A stretch of DNA of 64,000 bases from Candidatus Bathyarchaeota archaeon (GTDB taxonomy: Archaea; Thermoproteota; Bathyarchaeia; Bathyarchaeales; Bathycorpusculaceae): positions 2,240,001 through 2,304,000 of the forward strand of contig OY969706.1 in the NCBI GenBank assembly GCA_963702095.1, read 5' to 3'. A program made the position numbers and the translations under genes. The notes beneath the pieces are model-generated. The model was not told the origin of the DNA and searched no databases. It saw only the letters and a program-made list of their open reading frames with translations. This document shows, in pieces, positions 33,263 to 43,276 of this stretch (position 1 is its first letter; each line of letters begins with the position of its first letter).

Positions 33263-34489
33263 TTGAGTGACCCTACTGATTTCGTGTTGCAACTGTCGAT
33301 TCTCTTAGTTGCCGCCATAGCCGGTGGGTTGTTGATTAAGAGGTTCGGTTACCCCGTGGCGTTGGGCGAATTGTTAGTCGGCATAATTTTGGGACCCTCA
33401 GTGTTCAACGTCATCACGGATCAAGCTACTGTGAGTGTGTTTGCCGAGTTAGGCGCCATCATCCTGCTCTTCTACATAGGCTTGGAAACGGAGATGGGGG
33501 AGTTGAAGAAACAGCTTTTGCCTTCGCTTTCAGTCGGCGTTCTAGGCGCGTTAGTGCCGCTGGTACTCTGCTACTATACGGCGTTGGCTTTCGGCGTATC
33601 CGGCGATGAAGCCCTATTCATAGGAGTAGTTTTCACTGCAACCAGCATCGGCATCACTGTCCGACTGCTAAAAGACATGGGGAAACTAAACAATCCCATT
33701 GGGTTAACGGTGTTGGGCGCAGGCATCGTTGACGACGTAGTGGCAGTGATTTTGCTGTCGGTTGTTTTGAGCATACTTTCCGGCGGCGCCAACGCAGTTG
33801 ACATCGCCTCAGTGATTGTCAAAGCCATAGCGTTCTGGGCGGTTATAGTGTTGTTGGGTTCAAAAGTCATCGGGAAAGTCCTCGATAAACTCCGATGCGA
33901 CGACGAATACATAATCCTGTTCCTGCTCGCCTTCTGCTTCCTATCCGCATACATTTCCGCAGCCATAGGGTTATCCGCCATCGTAGGCGCATTTGCAGCT
34001 GGCTTACCCTTAACACGGAGACACCCAAGAGTCAGGATGGTTCTAAGAGAAACAAAGAGCCTCTACATGTTCTTCGTGCCAATATTCTTCATATCCATTG
34101 GCACACTCATCAACCTAAGCGTCTTCGGCGAAGCAGCGTTCCTGGGCTTAATAATTACGGCGGTGGCTTTCATCGGCAAGATACTGGGAAGCTACTTGGC
34201 TGCCCGTGCAAACAAGTTCTCAACTAAAGACGCTTTCAAAATAGGAATCAGCATGACGCCCAGAGGCGAAATGGGACTCATCGTTGCAAGCCTCGGATTA
34301 ACCAGTGGACTAATCTCATCAAACATTTACTCTGTAGCGGTAATGGCGGTTATCTTAACCACCTTCATTGCAATGCCAATCCTAAAAATGGTGTTAACCG
34401 ACAAAAAAGAAGGCAAACAACCACCCGCCAACGAAGACGAAGAATGCACTGGAAACACGGAACCGCAAGAATGCCAACCGAAAACTTAG
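33263..34489 (+). CDS. CPA2-family cation:proton antiporter
   Basis: GELLVGIILGP, ATSIGIT, DDV, PIFF and PRGE motifs. Confidence 0.92.
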   Translation: MSDPTDFVLQLSILLVAAIAGGLLIKRFGYPVALGELLVGIILGPSVFNVITDQATVSVFAELGAIILLFYIGLETEMGELKKQLLPSLSVGVLGALVPLVLCYYTALAFGVSGDEALFIGVVFTATSIGITVRLLKDMGKLNNPIGLTVLGAGIVDDVVAVILLSVVLSILSGGANAVDIASVIVKAIAFWAVIVLLGSKVIGKVLDKLRCDDEYIILFLLAFCFLSAYISAAIGLSAIVGAFAAGLPLTRRHPRVRMVLRETKSLYMFFVPIFFISIGTLINLSVFGEAAFLGLIITAVAFIGKILGSYLAARANKFSTKDAFKIGISMTPRGEMGLIVASLGLTSGLISSNIYSVAVMAVILTTFIAMPILKMVLTDKKEGKQPPANEDEECTGNTEPQECQPKT

Positions 34490-34639
34490 TTTCACCAAAA
34501 AAATAGGCACAGGCAACCAGAGTGGCAGGTATTGCTCAGTCGACAGCTTGCCAAGCGAAGTTGACAAAATAGCAAATTCCCCTTGTCAAAAATAATTAAA
34601 TTAGATCATTGCCACAAGCGCTACAGGGAGAGATAACGA

Positions 34640-35962
34640 ATGGTTGTTGAAACAACAGAAAAACTGGTAAGTTATGAGGCTTACCTTGCTCAGAACGTCG
34701 ATGCCCACGCAAGCGTTTTTGAATGGACAGATTACAGGTGGCAGCTTGCTAACTCTATTCGAACTATCGACGCATTCGAACAGTACACGGGCATAAGTTT
34801 TTCTAAAAAACAGAAACAGTTGCTCCAAAAAACCGTAAAGAAGTTTCCGCTCAGCATAACACCCTATTACGCCTCACTGATAAACAGTGACAATTACCAA
34901 GTTGACCCAATTTTTAAACAAGCGTTTCCCAACGTCTCCGAATTGACAATTTCTAAGTCCGACATGCAAGACCCCTTGCACGAGGACAAAGACAGCCCCA
35001 CCAAAGGCATCACACATCGGTACCCAGACAGAGTCCTTTTTTTGATCAGTAACAGGTGTGCAATGTACTGTCGGCATTGTACACGGAAAAGAAAAGTCGG
35101 AGACCCCGACCATGTACCTTCTCAATTCCAAATTCAAAACGGAATAGACTACATAAGAGGGCACCCTGAGATTCGCGATGTCCTGCTTTCCGGCGGAGAC
35201 GCATTAATGCTGCCCGATGAATACCTCGACTGGATCCTAACAGAATTAAACAGTATATCGCATGTGGAAGTGGTAAGAATTGGGTCAAGAACCCCCGTTG
35301 TTCTCCCCTACAGAATTACCGATGAACTAGTGAACATGCTTAAGAGGCATCACCCACTTTGGTTAAACACACATTTTAATCACCCACGAGAACTCACGCC
35401 TTCCGCCCGAGATGCACTAAGAAAACTCGCGGATGCAGGCATACCCTTAGGAAACCAATCCGTCCTACTGGCAGGAGTTAATGATTGCCCCCAAATAATC
35501 AAAGAACTCAACCAGAAACTCGTCCGAAACAGAGTCAGACCCTACTACCTGTTCCAATGTGACCTCTCAGAGGGACTGAGCCACTTCCGCACACCCATCG
35601 CAAAAGGCATCGAAATCATGGAGTGCCTAAGAGGCCACACCAGCGGCTTTGCAGTTCCCACATACGTTGTGGATGCTCCAGGCGGTGGAGGAAAAATCCC
35701 AGTTATGCCCAACTACATCATCTCTTGGTCTCCCAACAAAGTTGTGCTCAGAAACTATGAAGGCGTAATCACAACCTACAAGGAACCAGAGAATTACCAA
35801 CCGATTAAATGCAAAAATGACTGCAGAAAATGCGGTCTACACCTTCAATCCGTGCCCATTAAAAAGTCAGCTGTGGGCGTGGAAAAGTTGCTGGGTGACT
35901 CAGGCGAGATTTCGCTTGTCCCAAAAGGGAATCTTAGGCATACCCGGCGAAAACACTGTTGA
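34640..35962 (+). CDS. kamA: Lysine 2,3-aminomutase (KamA/AblA)
   Basis: [28 protein letters not shown] and [10 protein letters not shown]. Confidence 0.93.
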   Translation: MVVETTEKLVSYEAYLAQNVDAHASVFEWTDYRWQLANSIRTIDAFEQYTGISFSKKQKQLLQKTVKKFPLSITPYYASLINSDNYQVDPIFKQAFPNVSELTISKSDMQDPLHEDKDSPTKGITHRYPDRVLFLISNRCAMYCRHCTRKRKVGDPDHVPSQFQIQNGIDYIRGHPEIRDVLLSGGDALMLPDEYLDWILTELNSISHVEVVRIGSRTPVVLPYRITDELVNMLKRHHPLWLNTHFNHPRELTPSARDALRKLADAGIPLGNQSVLLAGVNDCPQIIKELNQKLVRNRVRPYYLFQCDLSEGLSHFRTPIAKGIEIMECLRGHTSGFAVPTYVVDAPGGGGKIPVMPNYIISWSPNKVVLRNYEGVITTYKEPENYQPIKCKNDCRKCGLHLQSVPIKKSAVGVEKLLGDSGEISLVPKGNLRHTRRKHC

Positions 35963-35973
35963 GGTAGAAGACG

Positions 35974-36489
35974 CTGACGCTTAGTTGTGGCTATCAAATC
36001 ACAAACGTATCCGTCAAAGACATAGACGAAGTCTACAAACTACTAATTGCTAATCGACCCTATGTGGGATTAAACTCCCGCTACACCTACTTTCTGCTAG
36101 CAAAAGACTTCTTTGAAACCTGCCATGTCGCCAAAAAAGATGGAAAAATTGTTGCTTTCTCATCCGGTTATGTACCGCCGAAGAGGAAGGACACTTTTTT
36201 TAATTGGGAAATAGTTGTCGACCAAGAGCACAGGGGCAATGGACTCCAACAAGCTCTTCTCATTCAACAGATTAAGGTGTCAGGCGCCAAATATTTGGAG
36301 TTAACAATAAACCCCTCTAACGATGCCTGCAAAAGAAACGTGTTGGATTTGGCTCACATGCTAGGCGCGGGTTGTGTGGAAAGCGTTTTGTTTAGCGAAC
36401 AAGATTTTGGAAATGACGGTCACGAAACTGAAATCCTGTTTAGAGTGGGCCCCATTTCAGCTTCAGCGATTTCACAGATAAAGCCCTGA
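35974..36489 (+). CDS. EctA-like GNAT acetyltransferase, probable CTG start
   Basis: LNS.Y.Y.L...F.ETC.VA, SGY.PP...DT.F.W, RG.GL and HE.E.LFRVGP; homologous frame extends 90 nt upstream of the track start to a CTG after GAGGT. Confidence 0.8.
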   Translation: MTLSCGYQITNVSVKDIDEVYKLLIANRPYVGLNSRYTYFLLAKDFFETCHVAKKDGKIVAFSSGYVPPKRKDTFFNWEIVVDQEHRGNGLQQALLIQQIKVSGAKYLELTINPSNDACKRNVLDLAHMLGAGCVESVLFSEQDFGNDGHETEILFRVGPISASAISQIKP

Positions 36490-36572
36490 TAAAAATCGAC
36501 CGCTTTAGCAGGCAAGTTCCCAAACGTTTTAAAACATACAGCACATATTTCCCTGCAGTCAAGTGGTAAGGT

Positions 36573-37631
36573 TTGAGTTTAAGCTATCATTACATGCAGT
36601 TGCCCCGTGAAGTCATAGTTGGAAAAGGCACGTTGAATCGCCTGCCCGAAGTGGTGTCACGGCTGGGGTTAAAAGGCAAAGCGCTGGTACTATCCGATGC
36701 GCAATGCTACAAAATAGCCGGAGAAACCGTTTCCGAGTTGCTTGAAAAATCAGGATTAACCCCAGAGTACCTTCTTGTTAAATCCATGACTGTAGACGAC
36801 CTTGTACTGGTTGAGAAGCAGCTCAAGGATCAGAAGCCCCGGGTTGTCTTCGGCGTCGGCGGCGGCACCATCATCGACGCAGCCAAACTCAGCAGCGCCA
36901 GCCAAAACATCCCCTTCATCAGCGTCCCCACAACCGTCAGCCATGACGGCATCGCCAGCCCCCTAGCATCCATCAAAGGCTCAGACAAACCCTACTCAGT
37001 ACTAGCGCAGGCGCCCATGGCTATAATTGCAGATACAGAAGTCATTGGGCAGGCTCCATGGCGCTTCGTCATAAGCGGCTGCGGAGACGTCATCAGCAAA
37101 TTCACAGCCGTCAAAGATTGGAGGCTCGCTTACCTAGAAAAAGGCGAGTACTACGGCGGCTACGCGGCGAGCCTCGCGTTGATGAGTGCTAAACTTGTAA
37201 CGGAAAACGCGCATCAAATCGAAGAGCAAACCAACGAGGGCTTACGTGTTCTGCTTGAGGCGTTGATTAGCTGCGGCGTCGCCATGAGCATCGCGGGCAG
37301 CAGTCGCCCCTGCAGCGGTTCCGAGCACCTTTTCAGCCACGCCTTAGACCTAATCAACAGTCACCACGCTATGCATGGCGAACAATGCGGCGTAGGCTCA
37401 ATTTTAACTTCTTTTCTGCATGGCTCAAACTGGCAACGCATAAAAGCCACCCTCAAACAAATCGGCGCCCCCACCACCGCCCAAGAATTAGGCGTCAAAG
37501 ACATCGATGTAGTTAAAGCCCTCCAAGTCGCCGCGCAAATCCGCCCCGAACGCTACACCATCCTGCATAAACTCAACTTGGGCTTTGACGCATGCGAAAC
37601 CGTGGCGAGGGCAACAGGAATAATCAGTTAG
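36573..37631 (+). CDS. egsA: Glycerol-1-phosphate dehydrogenase
   Basis: GVGGG.IID.AK, PT..SHDGIASP, SRPCSGSEHLFSH and HGEQCG. Confidence 0.95.
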   Translation: MSLSYHYMQLPREVIVGKGTLNRLPEVVSRLGLKGKALVLSDAQCYKIAGETVSELLEKSGLTPEYLLVKSMTVDDLVLVEKQLKDQKPRVVFGVGGGTIIDAAKLSSASQNIPFISVPTTVSHDGIASPLASIKGSDKPYSVLAQAPMAIIADTEVIGQAPWRFVISGCGDVISKFTAVKDWRLAYLEKGEYYGGYAASLALMSAKLVTENAHQIEEQTNEGLRVLLEALISCGVAMSIAGSSRPCSGSEHLFSHALDLINSHHAMHGEQCGVGSILTSFLHGSNWQRIKATLKQIGAPTTAQELGVKDIDVVKALQVAAQIRPERYTILHKLNLGFDACETVARATGIIS

Positions 37632-38011
37632 ACCCTAAGCGGTTCGATTAACGCAAAGGCGTTTCCCTCTGGGTCTTCTGCCGCCGCGATCCATCCGACC
37701 TCGGGAACTTCCTGTTTGGGCTGCGTGATTTTGCCGCCGGCTTTCACAATTTTATTCAAGAAATCAGTTATGGATTCTACGGAGTAGTAGTTGATGGGTT
37801 TGCTCTCAGGCGCCTGCCGCTTGTACATGCCGCCGTTTACGCCGGGGCGAAGCAGCATGCCTTTGGGGTCAACGGGCACGGTTTGAATTACCCAGTACTC
37901 GATGGGTCCCGCTGCCTGCACGATGTTCCAGCCAAAAACCTGTTCGTAGAAACGCTTGATTTTTTCTACGTCGTTTGCTGGAATTTCAAAATGGATGATT
38001 GTGTGGTCCAT
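37628..38011 (-). CDS. VOC/glyoxalase family protein
   Basis: HFEIPA, FY..VFGW, GVNGG and DPEGN. Confidence 0.88.
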   Translation of the reverse strand: MDHTIIHFEIPANDVEKIKRFYEQVFGWNIVQAAGPIEYWVIQTVPVDPKGMLLRPGVNGGMYKRQAPESKPINYYSVESITDFLNKIVKAGGKITQPKQEVPEVGWIAAAEDPEGNAFALIEPLRV

Positions 38012-38139
38012 TTCTGCTTTTTCACCTCAATTTACCTGACAGAAAGGCACTTTATAATATGGGTTGGTTGAATTTAATTGTTTTTTCTGTAGAAGAATAA
38101 GAAATAGACACTAAAAAGGGAAAAGGGTTGGCTGCGCGT

Positions 38140-38913
38140 TTATGGCGCTGCAGTCTTGGCTTCTTCAGTTGCCGCCGGCTTCGTTTCTTCCGCTGGCGTC
38201 GCTGCTGCTGGTGCCGCTTCGGGTTTAGGCTCTGCCTTGAAGGTTTCAACAAACCGTGTCTCAGCTAAGTCTGGGAGGAACTTCTGGATATCCATGGCTA
38301 TGCCGCGTTTAGCGATCTGGATGCCTTCAACGTAGAAGGTTTCCTCGGGCATGTCGATGATTAAGTTCTTGGCTTTGACGGCTATCTTGAACTTGTCTTC
38401 TTCGACGACTGAAACTCTGCGGTGGATCAAAGCAGCGATTTTTTGTTCCTGTGCGTCAAGTTTCTTGGTGACGGTTAAGTCGTAGATGAGGGTTCGCCCA
38501 GCCAACGCGGGGTTGTAGTCCAATAGGACGCGTCCTGCGCCGATGGAGCGGACAGTCGCCATTTTGCCTTGGAATTCGATGCGTGCGCCCACTACGGGGT
38601 TGATTTCTTTGGCGTAGAGTTGTTTGATGGAGACACGGCGGATTTTTTCTGGGTCACGTTGACCGAAGGCTTTGTCAGAGGGTATTTCCACGGTTGTTGG
38701 TTTGTCAACTTCAGCGGTTAGGAGGGCTTCGTCTAGGGCTTTTAGTACCCAGTTTTCGCCGATGACTACCAGTTTAGGCTCGTAGATTTCGCCTTCTTTT
38801 TTGAGGTGTTCTTTCTTTGCAACCTCGTCTTTTGTAGTGTCGAAAACTTCGTTTGTTTCCTTAACTTTGGCTACGTAATCGATTAGAATAAAATCTCCTT
38901 TTTGTAGGGTCAT
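38140..38913 (-). CDS. Long-type archaeal FKBP peptidyl-prolyl isomerase
   Basis: GDF.LIDY, VFDTT, AFGQRD and DYNP.LAG; start MTLQKG. Confidence 0.9.
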   Translation of the reverse strand: MTLQKGDFILIDYVAKVKETNEVFDTTKDEVAKKEHLKKEGEIYEPKLVVIGENWVLKALDEALLTAEVDKPTTVEIPSDKAFGQRDPEKIRRVSIKQLYAKEINPVVGARIEFQGKMATVRSIGAGRVLLDYNPALAGRTLIYDLTVTKKLDAQEQKIAALIHRRVSVVEEDKFKIAVKAKNLIIDMPEETFYVEGIQIAKRGIAMDIQKFLPDLAETRFVETFKAEPKPEAAPAAATPAEETKPAATEEAKTAAP

Positions 38914-39072
38914 CTGTTGAATCTTCCTTTTTCTTTCGGAGAAGTGTAGAGTTTCAAAGGAGCATAAAAACTTTATCCACCAAAAAACGCGGGAGTGTAT
39001 TTTATGGTAACGTGGGCGTTTATAAAAGACCCTACGGCATTGAACTAAATACAGGTGAATCAAATTTTCTGG

Positions 39073-39206
39073 TTTTTCTAGTGCAAGAAGAAGACAGATG
39101 GCCCCTTACTCATCATCTTCTCAGAGGCTTGACAGGCGACCCTGTTTTTGGTTCTACAACGGAAAGGGATTGCTTGCTGGTTGTGGAGCAAACTACAAGC
39201 AGAACC
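39073..39206. repeat. Dispersed intergenic repeat family C, copy 2
   Basis: Ungapped homolog of 13361-13494. Confidence 0.8.
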
Positions 39207-39303
39207 GTGAGCTTTATAATTTTTTAAGGGCAAAAATCAAAACAAAACTTTTGATCCATTGATATAGCGCTTTGAGGTTAGAAGCAGCAAGTAACTGTTT
39301 AGG

Positions 39304-39414
39304 GGTTTGCTGGGGCTCTGGAACCCGAACTAAAGGAGAAAAGAATGGAAAATGCAACTAAACCATTCTCAACTACCCATGACCGATTAATGTTATCCAG
39401 AGCCCACTCAGCCC
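39304..39414 (-). ncRNA. BHB-closed RNA element, copy 2
   Basis: GG-GCUG-AGU-GGGCUCUGGA...UCCAGAGCCC-CAGC-AAA-CC. Confidence 0.75.
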
Positions 39415-39477
39415 ACATCTTACCAATGCAATTTGATTCCCAAAAAAGGGAAAAGGAAGCTGGTTTATCGATTGATC

Positions 39478-42147
39478 TTAAGGTCGTTTTTTGACTGACA
39501 TCAAGATAACTGCGCCGACGATGGAAATTGCTATAATTACGGCAACAGCAGAACCCAATATAGTCATAGTATTGTCGACCGCTTGTAACGGTTGTGTCGT
39601 TGGCGCTGGTGTCGCTGCTTCGCTAGCATGGAAATATGTCACGGCTGAAGATGGGTAATACGAGTTTGAACCACCAAAGGTAGCAATTATAGTGTAGTCT
39701 CCAGCTATATCGGGGGTCCATGTGAAGCCGTATGAGCCATAGGAGTTCGAAGTTGTTGTGCCAATCTCTCGGTAATTGTTGTTGGAGTCGACGACAGATA
39801 ATGTTACGGTTACACCTGTGGCGTCAGATGGTCGTGGTTGATCTTGGTAGGCGTATTCCATCCATTTGCTCTGGCTTTCTTCAGAAACACATGCTAGACC
39901 ATTTGGGAATTTCTTTGCAACCTCAGACTGTGTTGTACCCGCTGATATGTCTGTTACAGTGCCAGTGATAGTAATTGGTGTAGCAGTAGTCACTCCAACG
40001 TCTGGAACATCTACAGTCAATTTGCTGGGTCCCTTGGCAAAGGCATAAATCTGGTTGTCATAGCAGTTCAACGAGATCAAAGTGTTGTAAGCAATTGCAG
40101 TAGCGACAACATATGTTCCTAACTCTTTCCAGATTAGTGTACCATCTGTTAGGTTAATAGCTAACATCTGTGCACCATGGAACAGCGGTGGGTTGTATTC
40201 ATGTCCTATTGGAAGATATGCAACGTCATTGGTATAAGCTTGGCAACGGAATGTCCACAGTGGCCACATGCCATAGGGGCTTTCGATGCCTGGATCGCCG
40301 ATGAGTGTTGTTGTGTTGGTGTACCATAGTTGTTTGCCAGTCTTTGTTTCAATAGCCCATATGTCGCCGCCTAAACCGGCGATGATAATTTTGCCGTTAG
40401 CTCCAGAGTAGCCAGCTGTTCCACCTAACATTGAATAGGTGCTTGGTTCGCCATTACCGTAGGGGGTTTTAAGTGCTGTTTCCCATGCTTTGGCACCAGT
40501 TCGGCAGTCAATGCCTGTGCTTATCCAGTTTACGTGGTTAGTTATGGATACGATTCCGTCATCAACTATTATTGATGCTCTAGTGAATGGCAGTAGTGAT
40601 TTGCAGTCTGGGTAAGTCAAGTTTTTGGACCACAATGTAGTACCATCAGCGGCATCCATGGAAGCCATTACTAGGTAACCAGTTGATTGGTCGGAAGCGT
40701 GAATTAATCCCGAAGTTAGAATAACAGTGTTGCTGCATAACCGCGATACTGAAAGTGTTGGGGTAATGGTTACGTCATTGACTGTTAAAGGAATTGGTTT
40801 AGCCCACATTAATCCGTAGCCCGCATCAATAGCGTTGTTTGTGGTTGGATACCATAGCCAATCATTGACTAAAGCCTTTGAAAGGTTAAAGCAGCATAAG
40901 GCAGGTGTGGTAATGTTTATCACTTCTTTGACCTGTGGGATTTGGAAACCGACCATCGGTATCATTGGTGTTTGTTGATAGGTTCTGACTTGACCAATAG
41001 TGCGATTGATATAGTATCCGATTAAGTTACCAGTTGCATCGGTTGTTAAAGTCATTGAACTAGCATTGCATATGCTGCATACGTATTTTCCACTTAACGC
41101 AGAGTATAGGTTATATTGGGTTCCAAAGTTTTTGTAAACGATTCCTCCAGTTTCAGCTGCGGGAAGAGCACCAGTAGTTATAACGTACGGACCGACGACA
41201 CCATATGCGTTGACTGTTTTCCATTCGTTAGCCATGCCTGTGGCTAAAATTGAAGTCGTGTTGATAGTGTACAGCGTTTCACCTGTAGCAAGATCGGTGC
41301 AAATGATACCAGATGGGCAACCGTAGCTTTCAGGGTACCAGGTGGAGTACATTTTGTCAGCAATTATAACTGGCGCAAACTGTGGGGTATATTGTCTTGT
41401 TGACCAGTAATGTCCTGATTCTTCGTCGCCACCAGCTTCACCGCCGACTACACCGCCAGTACACCAGACTTTAGTCCAAATGACGTGACCAGAAAGTACT
41501 GAAGCAGTGTAGGGGTTGCATAAGCTTGTTGCATTGTAGTATCCCACTGATCCCCCGAGACCCCATGGACCCATGTACTTGTACCATTCCTGAACGTTCT
41601 GTGCTGAGACGGGTGCTTCCCAATATTCTGTTGGAAGTGGCGTTATTGGATATGCAGTTTGTGTGATGGGCTCTTCTTGTACAGTTAATGTAACGACTTC
41701 GCTTTGGCTTGGCATTTCTTTGAGACCTACAAATCCGTCACCGAGAAGCGCATTTCTAAGTGTGGTTTGTCCACCGTAGAAGAATTGAAAAGTCCAATTG
41801 CCTACTTGGTCAGGTACAAAGTTGAAGTATGATCCACCAGTTGTGTCGCCTGTTATTGGACCTCTTGTTTCTACATTACCGTCTGGGTCAGTGATTTTAA
41901 CTGTCATGTTTGTTACTGCTTCGCCGGATTGTATTGAAGTTGCTAGAAAGAAGTTGACGTTGACTGTTTGACCTACCCCAATTGGGTTAGGAGCTACGCT
42001 GATAAAAGCATACGTCGGAATTTCTGTTCCAGGAGCAAATGTTGTATCAGCTAATGCCGAAGACAGCAATGTTGAGCCAGCAATCAGAAGAATAAGCAGC
42101 GTTGCGATTGCACTTTTTATATTTCTTGCATCAATTTTAAATTTCAT
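39478..42147 (-). CDS. PQQ-like beta-propeller surface protein (paralog 2)
   Basis: Intact 889 aa; signal peptide, HEYNPPLFHG and C-terminal TM helix plus KKRP. Confidence 0.88.
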   Translation of the reverse strand: MKFKIDARNIKSAIATLLILLIAGSTLLSSALADTTFAPGTEIPTYAFISVAPNPIGVGQTVNVNFFLATSIQSGEAVTNMTVKITDPDGNVETRGPITGDTTGGSYFNFVPDQVGNWTFQFFYGGQTTLRNALLGDGFVGLKEMPSQSEVVTLTVQEEPITQTAYPITPLPTEYWEAPVSAQNVQEWYKYMGPWGLGGSVGYYNATSLCNPYTASVLSGHVIWTKVWCTGGVVGGEAGGDEESGHYWSTRQYTPQFAPVIIADKMYSTWYPESYGCPSGIICTDLATGETLYTINTTSILATGMANEWKTVNAYGVVGPYVITTGALPAAETGGIVYKNFGTQYNLYSALSGKYVCSICNASSMTLTTDATGNLIGYYINRTIGQVRTYQQTPMIPMVGFQIPQVKEVINITTPALCCFNLSKALVNDWLWYPTTNNAIDAGYGLMWAKPIPLTVNDVTITPTLSVSRLCSNTVILTSGLIHASDQSTGYLVMASMDAADGTTLWSKNLTYPDCKSLLPFTRASIIVDDGIVSITNHVNWISTGIDCRTGAKAWETALKTPYGNGEPSTYSMLGGTAGYSGANGKIIIAGLGGDIWAIETKTGKQLWYTNTTTLIGDPGIESPYGMWPLWTFRCQAYTNDVAYLPIGHEYNPPLFHGAQMLAINLTDGTLIWKELGTYVVATAIAYNTLISLNCYDNQIYAFAKGPSKLTVDVPDVGVTTATPITITGTVTDISAGTTQSEVAKKFPNGLACVSEESQSKWMEYAYQDQPRPSDATGVTVTLSVVDSNNNYREIGTTTSNSYGSYGFTWTPDIAGDYTIIATFGGSNSYYPSSAVTYFHASEAATPAPTTQPLQAVDNTMTILGSAVAVIIAISIVGAVILMSVKKRP

Positions 42148-42202
42148 TTTTATCTCCTTTTTGTGCGGGTAGGGTAAACTCCCAAACTCTATTTATAACA
42201 AA

Positions 42203-42223
42203 GCGGTTGCGTGCTACAACCGC
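42203..42223. promoter_or_regulatory. Palindromic operator GCGGTTG-N7-CAACCGC next to TATA box
   Basis: Perfect 7-bp inverted repeat 4 nt upstream of TTATAAA (42192-42198, minus strand). Confidence 0.6.
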
Positions 42224-42284
42224 AGATTTAGTCAATTTCAACATATAATTAAGCAAAAAATAGATGGAGAAAAAAGACTCTGCA

Positions 42285-43085
42285 TTAAATACTTTTGGAA
42301 TTTTGCCACAATAGCTCAAAATATTCTTGGAATACACCCACAACCGTAGTGTTATCCATAAGTAAACTCGCAGTCATAGGCTTAGAAATCATAGGTTCGA
42401 TAGTAACGAAAACCTTTTTCTTATCCCATAGCGATAACGTAGCTTGAGGGATCGCCTCAGTTCTTTTAATCGCAATATTACCGTAATCCCCAAAAAAACC
42501 GGATAACTCCACGGGATTTTTGTTTTTTTCAGTAAAAATGATAAGCCGTATTTTTATGCCCCTAAGTAATAGTTTTTTAAACATCACTACAAAAAAATCC
42601 TTTCGTAATTCTACATCGCGGTAAAAAAGAATACCATCATGGCAACTCTTGCTTAAGTCAACCAATTCGTTCAATTTTCGGAATGTGAATTTTTCACCGG
42701 GGACAAGAGCGAATTGACATGATTTCCCCTCGTTAGATCCATTGCTTCTCTGTTTGTATCTTTCCAATAATTTCTTCGCGTTGATCTCATTTTCTTCATA
42801 ATCGCTCTTCCTATGTTCAAGTAACAGTCTTAAACCTTCATTCATCGGCAACGCTTTAAAGGTGGTTGGATTAGTCAGAAACTGTTCGACCAAATTGAGT
42901 TTGAATAGTTCTTTTACCGCTCGATAGACATTGGCTCTATCAATCTTTGAGATTGATGCGAGAGTGTTTACCGTTGCGTTCTCCAATTCTAAAATAGCAA
43001 GGTAAATTTTAGCTTGACTTTTAGTCAGCCCGAGACTCGTCAAAGTCTGAATTTCAGACTCCAGATTAACATTTATTGATGTCAT
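42285..43085 (-). CDS. TrmB-family transcriptional regulator
   Basis: LGLT..QAKIY, R..VYR...L...LVE and a C-terminal PLD-like domain. Confidence 0.88.
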   Translation of the reverse strand: MTSINVNLESEIQTLTSLGLTKSQAKIYLAILELENATVNTLASISKIDRANVYRAVKELFKLNLVEQFLTNPTTFKALPMNEGLRLLLEHRKSDYEENEINAKKLLERYKQRSNGSNEGKSCQFALVPGEKFTFRKLNELVDLSKSCHDGILFYRDVELRKDFFVVMFKKLLLRGIKIRLIIFTEKNKNPVELSGFFGDYGNIAIKRTEAIPQATLSLWDKKKVFVTIEPMISKPMTASLLMDNTTVVGVFQEYFELLWQNSKSI

Positions 43086-43111
43086 TCTTAAGCGCTCTTA
43101 TTAGATTAGAG

Positions 43112-43216
43112 GTTTGCTGGGGCTCTGGAACCCGATTAAGGAAGAGAAGAATGGAAAATGCAAATAACCATTCTCAACTACCCGCGATTATTAGATTTTC
43201 CAGAGCCCGCTCAGCC
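43112..43216 (-). ncRNA. BHB-closed RNA element, copy 3
   Basis: G-GCUG-AGC-GGGCUCUGGAA...UUCCAGAGCCC-CAGC-AAA-C; bulge variant AGC, weak outer helix. Confidence 0.7.
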
Positions 43217-43276
43217 ACTACTTAGCTGTTCTAATCCCAAAAAAAGGGAAAGGGAAATTATTTCAATCAATTGTTT

